Positions 38,075 through 48,730 of a DNA stretch of 64,000 nt are shown piece after piece. The first letter of the stretch is position 1, and each line of letters starts with the position of its first letter. Made by a program: the position numbers and the translations under genes. The notes under the pieces were generated by a model. That model was given only the letters and a program-made list of their open reading frames with translations. It did not search any database and was not told where the DNA came from. The stretch spans positions 75,642,001 through 75,706,000 of the forward strand of contig NC_087437.1 in the NCBI RefSeq assembly GCF_036321535.1, in the 5' to 3' direction. This DNA is from Camelus dromedarius (lineage: Eukaryota).

Positions 38075-38510
38075 GTGTAAGTGCTGTTTGCTATGGGTTA
38101 GCTATGCAAGAGCTGCTCCCAATCCCCTCTCTCTTGCCAGCTTCCACTGTACAGGCTGGAATACAAAATATGTGCTTTCCCCATTCTTCCTGAAGCTAGA
38201 GACAGTCAGTGGTTCTTCTAGGAGAGATTACTTAGAAAGCTTGTTCTTTCCTGATGAATTAGAGCACCCGCACTTCCAAAATCTTTTGGCATTTTGGCAT
38301 TGAAGGCAATGCCTGGAACAACAACAGCCATTCTGCAACTATGAGGAAAGTAGCAATAGAATCATAGGGATGCATTGGTAAAGTCCTGAACCTATGCTGG
38401 CAGTTGCTTATCGACCAATTTATTATTATGGGAGAGAAAATAAACTTATTTTATAAGGACAAAGAGTGTTGAATTTTATGTCAGAACCCAAAAGCATCTC
38501 TATTAATACT
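38075..38510 (+). mobile_element. Old MLT1 (MaLR) LTR
   Basis: gcctggaac..cagccattctgcaactatgagg..gggagagaaaataaact..attaatac. Confidence 0.55.
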
Positions 38511-38774
38511 CATATATGAGAAAGTAGGAATTTAGGTGCTGACTTTTGTGTAGGGTTCTTATTTGTAACATCGCTTCTGGTGGGTAGGGAGGTGTGTTCT
38601 GGATTCACAGACTTAGAAAAAAGTTTTTGAAACCTAAGTCCCTATCTGATAAACAAGTTCAAGTGTTCATCTTCATTATATTTCCCCCAACTTCATGCTC
38701 TCGCTAGCACTCACCCACACATTTGTGCACACACACCTGCTGGAAGACCTCTATCTGCCCCTATTACCTAGTGC

Positions 38775-38968
38775 TGGGATGATAAATCGGTTCCATCTCA
38801 GGTGCCAACATTGATAGATTGGTAGCGGCTGTCTGGATCGCTATGCTGAGAGTAATTTTGAGGCCGACAACACAACTCATGAGGAAGAGCATTGTGATCA
38901 ATCAGCCAAGGCCGTCATGAATGTGAAAAATGGAGTGGCAGCACCTGTGTTTTTGTAACAGTTGACCT
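38775..38968. mobile_element. MER117-like hAT-Charlie MITE
   Basis: gggatgataaatcggttccatctcaggtgccaac..gattggtagcggctgtctgga..tgaggcc..gtgatcaatcag. Confidence 0.7.
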
Positions 38969-39194
38969 GATCCAGTGTATCAAAGTTTAGTTGCTCAACC
39001 TAGCTCAATCCCTTTTTTCTCCCTTAACCCTGGTGGTAGGAATTTAGTGTTTTCAAACTGGGACATATAGTGCTATATACTTTGCTAACTAGAAATCCAT
39101 AGTATCCTAAATAAAACAATATCCAGCTATGTACCTAAGTTGGAATTGTAGAAAAAATATCGTATCCTAAGAAACACTCACTATCTGGTATACT

Positions 39195-41650
39195 GACCGT
39201 GGGGGTGCACCACTTGCCTGTTCTCTTGAAAAACAACGTGGCACTCAGCTACACGAAGCGCAGTTGGCTGGCAGCATCCAGCTTCCGTGCCTGCAGAATC
39301 CACCTCAACTTTCAAACCAAGGACACATGCATCCTAGGCAGACCCAGACATCGGTGAGTATGGCAAGGAGTCAGAGCCTGGGCGTTCCTATCCAGTGTGG
39401 GGCTCCACTGCAGGGCATCTTTGCTCTGGGACTCCCATTGTAATGGTTAAGATTTCATCAGATCTGAATCATGGTCAGAAGCACTCTCAGCTTGATTCTG
39501 CTTCCTCCCACCTCTCCTTTCACAAGTGCCAGATCAGTATCCCTGCCCTCTTTCACTCCCTCTTCCTTTATCTTTTTTTTTTAACATTTTTTATTGATTT
39601 ATAATCATTTTACAATGTTGTGTCAAATTCCAGTGTTCAGCACAACTTTTCACTTATACACACTCATTGTCACATTTTTTTCTTTGTGAGTTATCATAAC
39701 ATTTTGTGTATATTTCCCTGTGCTATACAGTGTAGTCTATTCTACAATTTTGAAATCCCAGTCTATCTCTTCCCACCCTCCACCCCCCTGGTAACCACAA
39801 GTCTGTATTCTCTGTCTGTGAGTCTATTTCTGTCCTTTATTTACGCTTTGTTTTTGTTTGTTTGTTTTTGTTTTTGTTTTTTAGATTCCACATATGAGCG
39901 ATCTCATATGGTATTTTTCTTTCTCTTTCTGGCTTACTTCACTTAGAATGACATTCTCCAGGAGCATCCATGTTGCTGCAAATGGCATTATGTTGTCGGT
40001 TTTTATGGCTGAGTAGTATTCCATTGTATAAATATACCACCTCTTCTTTATCCAGTCACCTGTTGATGGACATTTAGGCTGTTTCCATGTTTTGGCTATT
40101 GTAAATAGTGCTGCTATGAACATTGGGGTGCAGGTGTCATCCTGAAGTAGATTTCCTTCTGGATACAAGCTCAGGAGTGGGATTCCTGGGTCATATGGTA
40201 AGTCTATTCCTAGTCTTTTGAGGAATCTCCACACTGTTTTCCATAGTGGCTGCACCAAACTGCATTCCCACCAGCAGTGTAGGAGGGTTCCCCTTTCTCC
40301 ACAGCCTCTCCAGCATTTGTCATTTGTGGATTTTTGAATGAATGCCATTCTGACTGGTGTGAGGTGATACCTCATTGTAGTTTTGATTTGCATTTCTCTG
40401 ATAATTAGTGATATTGAGCATTTTTTCATGTGCTTTTTGATCATTTGTATGTCTTCCTTGGAGAATTGCTTGTTTAGGTCTTCTGCCCATTTTTGGATTG
40501 GGTTTTTTTTTTCTTATTGAGTCGTATGAGCTGCTTATATATTCTGGAGATCAAGCCTTTGTCGGTTTCACTTGCAAAAATTTTCTCCCATTCCGTAGGT
40601 TTTCTTCTTGTTTTACTTCTGGTTTCCTTTGCTGTGCAGAAGCTTGTAAGTTTCATTAGGTCCCATTTGTTTATTCTTGCTTTTATTTCTTCTAGGAGAA
40701 AATTTTTGAAATGTATGTCAGATAATGTTTTGCCTATATTTTCCTCTAGGAGGTTTATTGTATCTTGTCTTATGTTTAAGTCTTTAATCCATTTTGAGTT
40801 GATTTTTGTGTATGGTGTAAGGGAGTGTTCTAGCTTCATTGTTTTACATGCTGCTGTCCAGTTTTCCCAACACCATTTGCTGAAGAGACTGTCTTTATTC
40901 CAATGTATATTCTTGCCTCCTTTGTCGAAGATGAGTTGACCAAAAGTTTGTGGGTTCATTTCTGGGCTCTCTATTCTGTTCCATTGGTCTATATGTCTGT
41001 TTTGGTACCAATACCATGCTGTCTTGATGACTGTAGCTCTATAGTATTGTCTGAAGTCTGGGAGAGTTATTCCTCCAGCCTCTTTCTTTCTCTTCAGTAA
41101 TGCTTTGGCAATTCTAGGTCTTTGATGGTTCCATATAAATTTTATTATGATTTGTTCTAGTTCTGTGAAATATGTCCTGGGTAATTGGATAGGGATTGCA
41201 TTAAATCTGTAGATTGCCTTGGGCAGTGTGACCATTTTAACAATATTGATTCTTCCAATCCAAGAGCATGGAATATCTTTCCATTTTTTAAAGTCTTCTT
41301 TAATTTCCTTCATCAATGGTTTATAGTTTTCTGTGTATAATTCTTTCACCTCCTTGGTTAGATTTATTCCCAGATATTTTATTACTTTGGGTGCTATTTT
41401 AAAGGGGATTGTTTCTTTACTTTCTTCTTCTGTTGATTTATCGTTAGTGTAAAGAAATGCAACTGATTTTTGAACGTTAATTTTGTAACCTGCTACCTTG
41501 CTGAATTCTTCAATCAGCTCTAGTAGCTTTTGTGTGGACCTCTTAGGGTCCTCTTCCTTTATCTTTCATCGATGAATGGGACTCCCACCTCCTCCCACAC
41601 TCCTAACTCCATCAGTGTCAGCTTCCTGGAGGACCCAAACTTATACACAT
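39195..41650 (+). mobile_element. LTR33-like ERVL LTR split by the young L1 at 39576-41549
   Basis: 5' part 39195-39575; 3' end ctaactccatcagtgtcagcttcctggaggacccaaacttatacaca at ~41600-41649. Confidence 0.6.
39576..41549 (-). mobile_element. Young 5'-truncated L1 (~2 kb; distal ORF2 and 3' UTR)
   Basis: ORF2 ORFs 40474..41349 and 39881..40444 (CCHC knuckle); perfect 17-bp TSD cctcttcctttatcttt at 39559-39575 and 41550-41566. Confidence 0.97.
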
Positions 41651-41807
41651 GCCTAATATGGATATGGCTACTTAAGCGTTCAAGGCATTTACACTATGTG
41701 TACAACCTTCCAAAAGAGGCAAAGTGCTGTATTAGCTTTGGCATCAGAGAGTATGGATTAAAATCCCAGACACTTATCATCAAATGACATTAGTGTCCTT
41801 ATCTTTA

Positions 41808-42452
41808 TTTTTTTTTACAATGTTGCTAACTTTGTTTTTTTTAATTAAAATGTAGTCAGTTTACAGTGTTGTGTCAATTTCTGTATACAGCATAATGATT
41901 CAGTTATACATATATATATATATTCCTTTTCATATTCTTTTTCATTAAAGGCTATTACTAGGTATTAAATATAGTTCTCTGTACTATACAGTAGGATTTA
42001 GGACCCTGTTTTTTAATCTATTTTCTTTATAGTAGTTTCTGCAAATCCTGAACTCCCAATTTATCCTTCCACCTTCCCCTTCCCCTTTGGTAACTGTAAG
42101 TTTGTTTTCTACATCTGTGAGTCTGTTTCAGTTTTGTAAATAAGTTCATTTGTGTCACTTTTTAAGATTCTACATATGAGTGACATCATATGGTATTTTT
42201 CTTTCTCTTTCTGGCTTACTTCACTTAGTATGACAAAATCTCCAGGTCCATCCATGCTGCTGCAAATGGCATTATTTTATTATTTTTTATACGTGTATGG
42301 CATCTTCTTTATCCAGTCATCTGTCAGTGGACATTTAGGTTGCTTCCATGTCTTGGCTATCTTAGTGCTGCTATGAACACTGGGGTGCAAGTATCTTTTT
42401 GAATTACAGTTTCTTCTGGATATATGCCCAGGAGTGGGATTGCTAAATCATA
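41808..42452 (-). mobile_element. 5'-truncated L1 inserted in a MIR
   Basis: [30 protein letters not shown]; 17-bp TSD tagtgtccttatcttta at 41791-41807 and 42453-42469; MIR continues aaatgaggatgctaat. Confidence 0.93.
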
Positions 42453-43440
42453 TAGTGTCCTTATCTTTAAAATGAGGATGCTAATGGTGATAACTGATGG
42501 GACTGTGTGAGGATTGAATGAGATATCCATGAAATTGATTTCTAAACTATTAAGCACTGCATAAACTTTAGTTATCACTATTATTATTATTCCAGGTAAT
42601 ACTAACTACCAACTACCAGCTGATCAATTAACATTTGCTTACAAATATTTATTGTGCCTTTACCATGACACTGGTGCTGATCAAGGCAGTGAGGTGGGCA
42701 AAGTCTCTGCTCCTGCTCCGGTGAAGCTTACATTGTCTACATTAACCAAGTAAACATGAGTTTCATTTTTAAAATACCAGTAAGTTAGCAACAGCTCACT
42801 AACAGGGGAGGCCCTACCTCTGGCTCGGTTCAAGTGTAATCCTGGTTTGGTCTTGTCCCAAGATTTGTCTTTGTTGATCTTTCCTGCTGAACTGCCTTTT
42901 TTTCCTTTTAGTTTCACCATCCTTGATGCTGTGAATCCTGCAGGGGGCTAACAGACTAGAGCGGTTGCTTCTTACTACTCCGCTTTCCTCTGGCCCAGCT
43001 ACTTGCTGTTTTTCTCTTTGCCTTTCTCTCCTTTGACCCTACCCCCTTTTCCTTTGCTACATCTCTCATCTCTCTGTCCCCGTGTGTCTCCGTCCTCACT
43101 CTTGCACGTCCCCTTTTGCTGTCACCCCCTGTGGGAGTCATTGTCTCAGTGTCTTCAGATGGCCTTGGTGTTTGGCAGGAAAGAACAAACTTCCTGGCAG
43201 AAACAACAGGAAGATACGCCTCTCAGAAAATAAGACCTCAGCTTCTAACACTTCTTGGAGCCTTGTAACCACAGGAATCAACATGTGTTTCTGAGAGGTC
43301 TCATCACTTCAGATTAACTCAGGCCTCCTCAAGGCAGAGAGAGACGTAGTCATGCATTACAGGCTATGGTCAGGGCCAGCTGGTCGTCACCCACCAAGAG
43401 GCTAGCTGAAATGACATCGTCACCCAGCGCATGCAATGTC

Positions 43441-43598
43441 AAATGTATGCAGGATCTTGCGGTAGCTCACAGCGAAAAAAAATGTGGCAATGAATATACG
43501 TATGTTCACGTATAACTGAAAAATTGTGCTCTACACTGGAATTTGACACAACATTGTAAAATGACTATAACGCAATAAAAAAATGTTTTTTAAAAAAG
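43441..43598 (+). mobile_element. 5'-truncated L1 3' tail
   Basis: Nearly matches 36718-36860 (tataactgaaaaattgtgctctacactggaatttgacacaacattgtaaaatgactataac). Confidence 0.92.
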
Positions 43599-43712
43599 AA
43601 ATGTTTCTAAAAAAATAGTCTGCATAAAAAACATTTGAAAACCTCTGGTTCAAAATTTGACTATTTCACCACCTTCTTACACCCATAATTTTTAAATTAG
43701 AACTTAAAAATG

Positions 43713-43785
43713 TTTACCCTAATGTCTAGAAGCTCATGATTTTACCCTAATGTTTAGAAGCCTAAAATTTTACCCTAATGTCTAG
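43713..43785 (+). repeat. 28-bp-period minisatellite (about 2.6 copies)
   Basis: tttaccctaatgt(c/t)tag at 43713, 43741 and 43769. Confidence 0.9.
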
Positions 43786-43789
43786 TACA

Positions 43790-44290
43790 TCAGTGGCTAT
43801 TGAATTTTTTGACCATACTCTACTGTTTGGAATAAACATATATATGTGTAGATATACACACACACATATGTATACTTGTACACATATATTTATCTAAAAT
43901 AAAAATTTCATAAAACCATATTTACCCTTATCACATGTGGAGCTCAAATTGTTCTATTTCTTTCATATTCTATTCTGTCATAATAACGTTTTTAAAATGC
44001 TGGTCTTGACCCTGGGAATTGGGGTGGGGGTTGTCATTTCTATTCAGTGTGGTGAAGCTTATGGTGCCTTTCTTGGCCTAATGTGTTTTAATGCATAAAA
44101 CAGAACTCATAGGATTACAAAGGAAATGAATCATATTGAAATATAGTCCTATCCTTGGGACCAGGTAGGGAAGGGGAGAAGAGGAGGAAGGGAGAGCCGT
44201 GTCCATGGACCCAGGTTAAGAATTCCTGCAAGACTAAATTAATTTCCCAACAGAGGGCAACACAAATCCCACAGTACAGAAACCATGGCT
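43790..44290. mobile_element. hAT-Charlie MITEs: MER112-like (~44015-44228) nested in a MER113-like element
   Basis: ggtgaagcttatgg..aatgcataaaa..cataggattacaaaggaaa..ccatggacccaggttaagaattcctg. Confidence 0.6.
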
Positions 44291-44459
44291 GTAGACAAAG
44301 CCTCAGGACACTCTGTAGTAATTAAGTATTTCAGGTGCTTATTACCCTGTCATGGTTTTATGGCTCTCTTTTCCCTCGCTTTGCCCATGCTCCCCCTCCA
44401 GTGACACCTGCCCCTCCCCGCAGATCTTAGGTCACATATCTGAAAGGAGTCAAGGCCCT

Positions 44460-44980
44460 AGACGACTGCGTCTGGCCCCCGTATCTCCCGGCTGCCCCTC
44501 CGTCCCAGCCCCTGGCTGCGGTCTCAGAAGAATTTCAGTGGCTCATTATCTCCGCAGGCCAGCGCTCACAGTTGTGGCTTCTTAGTTTCCTTCGCGGCAC
44601 TGTGATCCAATACGTGCGTTCTAACCTAGAAAAATGGTGGTGCCCAGGGCCCTGGACCTTTACTTCGCCAGGCTTCAGCGCACCTTCGGCGGCAGGCGTT
44701 TCTGTCTCCCACCACACTAGGCAGCCGCCCTGCCGTCACTCCAGGCTGCAGCTGAAGCTCTGCCTTGGCTCCCGGCGGCCACGCTGAGCACACAGCCTCC
44801 CTAGCATCCAGCAGCTCAGCCCGGGCCTCCAAGAGGAAGCCGAGTTCCGGCCACGCTGAATTGCGCAGGTGCCTTCTCCAACGGTTTGGGGCTCTGGTTT
44901 CCCACCCAAATTTGCATAAGCCCATGAACAAAGAGAAAAACAGGAGCAAGAAGTGCCTGCATTCATTTCCTCTTTGGTAT
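44460..44980. promoter_or_regulatory. Small orphan CpG island, candidate promoter/enhancer
   Basis: About 28 CpG counted by eye in 44461-44890 in GC-rich unique DNA; CCAAT 44607, TACGTG 44611, GAGGAA 44833, ATTTGCAT 44910. Confidence 0.6.
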
Positions 44981-46469
44981 GAGAACAAGTCGGACTGCCC
45001 TGGAGTCAGTCTGTCAGCAGAGCTTCCTGGTCCAAATTATGACTTGTTTTTCACTACACCCAACACTCATCATTAAAAAAAAAAAGATTTTTCTGGATTT
45101 CACCTTAATGTCTTTAGCCTATAGACCAGTGACTGCGAAATGTCCTTTGAATCATGCCCTATAATTAGACATGCAGAGAACAGGGCCTCAGAGGCATTCA
45201 GTCCAATGACTTCATAAGGATAAGAAGGCCCTGAGGCCCGAGGGATGCTGGGACTTGGCCGAAGGTCGCACAGCTGGGAGGAGCAGATTGGGCGCTGAAT
45301 ATCTGCCCTCTTCTCCGGAGGTGTTTCTACCAGATTTCCATGCTCCATCCTGCTAAGGAGTGTTCTACTACAAAATCTACACCATGAAAATTAATTTTTT
45401 AATTCATGCCTTACTATCTTTCCCTCATACAAGCATTTAGAGGTTGAAAGATCATGAGGGCCTCATAAAATTATCCAGAAGAATTCTGAAAAAGAAACTG
45501 ATGACAGAAGTCTTTATTTCAAAATCTCCGTTTTTCATGAAGACAGCTTTTTTTTTCCTCATATAAATTGAAGTTTTCTTTTCCCCTTGATGCTCTTCTA
45601 ATTGTGCTTAGGCCTTCCTTTTAAAAATTCTCTGAAATAGTTCTTTCTTTCTATACATTAATTACCTTGCAATGCTCCCTTTTTTAGCAAACAAAATTCC
45701 AAAGCTTTTATTTTTAACCCTTAGTCCTTTTCCCTTACCCTAATTCACTTTTCCTGTCCTGTTCAATCAAATATACAATTAATTACTCTCTCAGCTTCCA
45801 AATAGTTTGCTATTGTATGTGTCATAGTTTTCTTCTGGATGAGAAAACTCTTATTTCACACAATAGTGCCATTGCTTTTATTATTCTTCCTGTCACTGAG
45901 GGGGGAAAAGATCAAGAACCAAACAATAAGACTTTTATTTACAGCCACTGGAGCGCTGTCTTGAAAGTTGTTACAGGGCTCTGCAATTGTGTGCTTCCAT
46001 CTTGGATGTGCCATCCGAGCCCCAGGGAATGGCAGCCGTCTTCGAGACCGTGGAGTCTAATCCCTTCAAGATTCCTCAGAAGAAGCAGTTGAGGCAATCA
46101 GGTCATCCTAGGACCACCACAGCTAGCTAGAGGCAGACACTGAGCCCAGCCTTGGGCCTCTGACTCCCAACACACCGTCTTTTCCACTGTCCGATAAGTC
46201 CCAGGAACTCCTCCTGAACCCATCCCTCCTGAAATTTATCCCAAACCAGGACTGCAATCCATTTGTGTTCATCTCAGCAGTACGAAGGAAAGAGAATGTC
46301 ACGACTCCTGGCTACACAATTAAATAATCATTGGCCTAATCTGGTTGATTAGTTTCAAACTGCTCCAACTCCAGTTTTCAACTTCTCTTCAGAAGTTCTT
46401 TCATCTATCAGAATCCAGAAGCTGTCAGCCGGATCCTACCCATGACCTTGTATTCACCAGAGGATGGGC

Positions 46470-46630
46470 TCTGGCATCAAACTTGAGCGAGTTATTGACC
46501 CTCCTCTGCCTCAGTTTCCCCATCTGTAAAATAAGGATGCTCATGCTGCTGTTTTTGAGGATTAAATGAGACAATGCATGGAAAAGGCCTAATAGTCATA
46601 ACAACTCAATAAATATTAACAATGATTATT
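46470..46630 (+). mobile_element. MIR SINE
   Basis: ctctgcctcagtttccccatctgtaaaataaggat..gaggattaaatgagacaatgcatg. Confidence 0.85.
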
Positions 46631-47820
46631 CTAGCTACCAGTGAGTAAATGCTACCTGATAGTGTTTTAATAAAATATATAAGGAAATGTAGAAGAAAAA
46701 TTGTGCATCGGCAACAATTGCAGTGCAGTGCAGTGCAGCAGAGATCATTGCAGGCTGAGAATTGGGAAATGCAAGCCCCAGATCCCGCTCTGCCTCTAAT
46801 GAGCTGTGTGGTCAGAGAGAGGCAGGCTCATCTCTGAATTTTTTAATCAGCAAATCTAATTCTAATTTAAAAATGGGAGAAAAGGACTTACTGAGAAGTA
46901 TAATTTAATGGACTCAAAATCCATCAAAGCAACCCAACCTCAAGCCAGAAGAAGGTGAACCTCTGCCAAGAATCAGGGTCCTCTCTGCAGCGAGGAAGCT
47001 GGTTCCTTGGTCCACCTCCATAGCTAAAGCGATCACTGGGACATTGCTCGGAAGCACCCTGTCCCCAAAGCAACCCAGAAATAATTCTATCCTTGCCTTT
47101 GCGTAAGCCACCTGCCTGAGCTCAAGCCGGAGAAGAGAGCAGATGAACAATGAATGTCATGGCAATTAGTTTTGGCAATTAGGCAGGCAATTAGTTCTGC
47201 CGCATGCAGAATGGGACGAGAAAGTAAATCAGTGCTGAGAGGTGACAGGGAAATATGATTAGGACATCAGGTTTCAGTGACACCCAGGTGGAAAGGCATG
47301 CGTCAGGGTCCCAACCTCCTCTTTCCCATTGCTGCCAAGACAAAGGAGGGTGCATTCCAGAGGCCGTGGAAACAGCTCTCCAATAGAAGGGGCTTCCCGC
47401 CCACAGTTCTCTTCTGCTTCTTGGGGTCACCTCATGCCTCCAGTGTTCACTCCAAGCTGAAGCTCCTGCTGGTTTCTCACCAGGAATTCTGCCCAGGACG
47501 TTAAACAAATGGACCAGCAGTTTCCTAAGGGTTGTCTTCTTAGTCGAGAATATATTTGATTTTTTGTTTGTTATTTTTTTGTTTGATGTTTGCTTGTTTG
47601 TTTTAATAACTTTGCTAGTTCTTCTCTAGAGCCGTTAATTCCACATTTTACTTGAAGTAAGTCAGTGGGAAATATTATGTATTGTATCATATGGTGATGG
47701 GAAAAAAAAACCAAAAAACAAATTGAGCTTTAAAGCCAAAGATCTGGGTTTGGATTCCAGCTCTGCTTCTTAACCAGGTTCTGAACTTTCGTTTCCTGAG
47801 CTCCAAAACGGGTATAATAA

Positions 47821-47988
47821 TAGGGCTGCCGGTAAAATGCACGAGATTTTGGTAGCTCTTCACTAAAGGCAGATTCATTTCACATTTGGGGAAGAGGCAT
47901 ATTTATATTTTTAAAATTACTTGTTTTTATCTGAAATGCAAATTTAATTAGGCATTCTCTTGTTTGTTTGCGGAATCTAGTAACCCTA
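47821..47988. mobile_element. MER53-like hAT MITE inserted in a MIR
   Basis: Ends tagggctgcc / tagtaacccta; internal tgtttttatctgaaatgcaaatttaa. Confidence 0.7.
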
Positions 47989-48567
47989 GGTAATAATAAT
48001 GCCTACCTCAGAGATTTACTGTGAAGATTAAACCAGTGTCTTAAAACCCCTCAGCGCAAGCCTAACAGGGAAGCCAAGGAAGATTTCCAGTTGGTTAGGA
48101 ATTCCAGTTCCTTTTCCCTTCCCTCTGCCATTATCCTCAGAAAGACTGGACTTGTTCTGCTGAGCGCATAGCAGAGAGCAATGCCAAAGACCATAGGTTT
48201 TAACTCAAGGCAAGAAAAAAGCCTTTCTAGTTTGCTGCTTCTGGCAAGGGGTTGGAGCCCAGGCCCAGACACCTTGAAGAGGAAAATGGAGCATCAGAAG
48301 AGTGGCTGAACTTGACCATCAGGTAGGTCCCTTCCTACCCCCAGATTCTGAACTAGTATTTTGAGCTGCTTTTCCCATGATGAGGAACTGAGGGCAGCTT
48401 AGTAGGTGACAAGTGAAACCACGAGTGTGGTGACAGAGGAAACACAGAACACAACAGCACTTTCCCAATGGTCCTTAGGAAAAGTCAGGGATGGAATTCA
48501 GGGCAGACTTCACCCATGGCGGTCCTCAGTTGGTGTTCTGAGGACCCAGCTAATCAAAGGCACCTTC

Positions 48568-48730
48568 AGGGTTTGTGAGGCATGAAGCTTATACAATTAT
48601 GGGAGCCCTCTTTAAGAAAAAAAATGCAGATTTACAAATACAAAATTAGGCATGAAAGTGAATATTTACTTCGAACGAGGAAATAGATCATGACAAGTTT
48701 CAGGAGCCCTGGAGAATTAGGTCCCTTTCT
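48568..48730. mobile_element. MER115/Zaphod-like hAT-Tip100 fragment
   Basis: tgaagcttatacaatt..gccctctttaagaaaaa..aatacaaaattagg..gaaagtgaatattta. Confidence 0.65.

Noticed and set aside
39881..41349. Long ORFs (291 and 187 aa) and antisense ORF 40493..40939 as host genes
   Set aside because: L1 ORF2 fragments lacking promoter, endonuclease and RT core; the antisense ORF is a by-product
43713..43785. CRISPR-like repeat-spacer pattern (also 198-288)
   Set aside because: Mammalian DNA, only 2-3 units, short related linkers and no cas genes; ordinary tandem duplications
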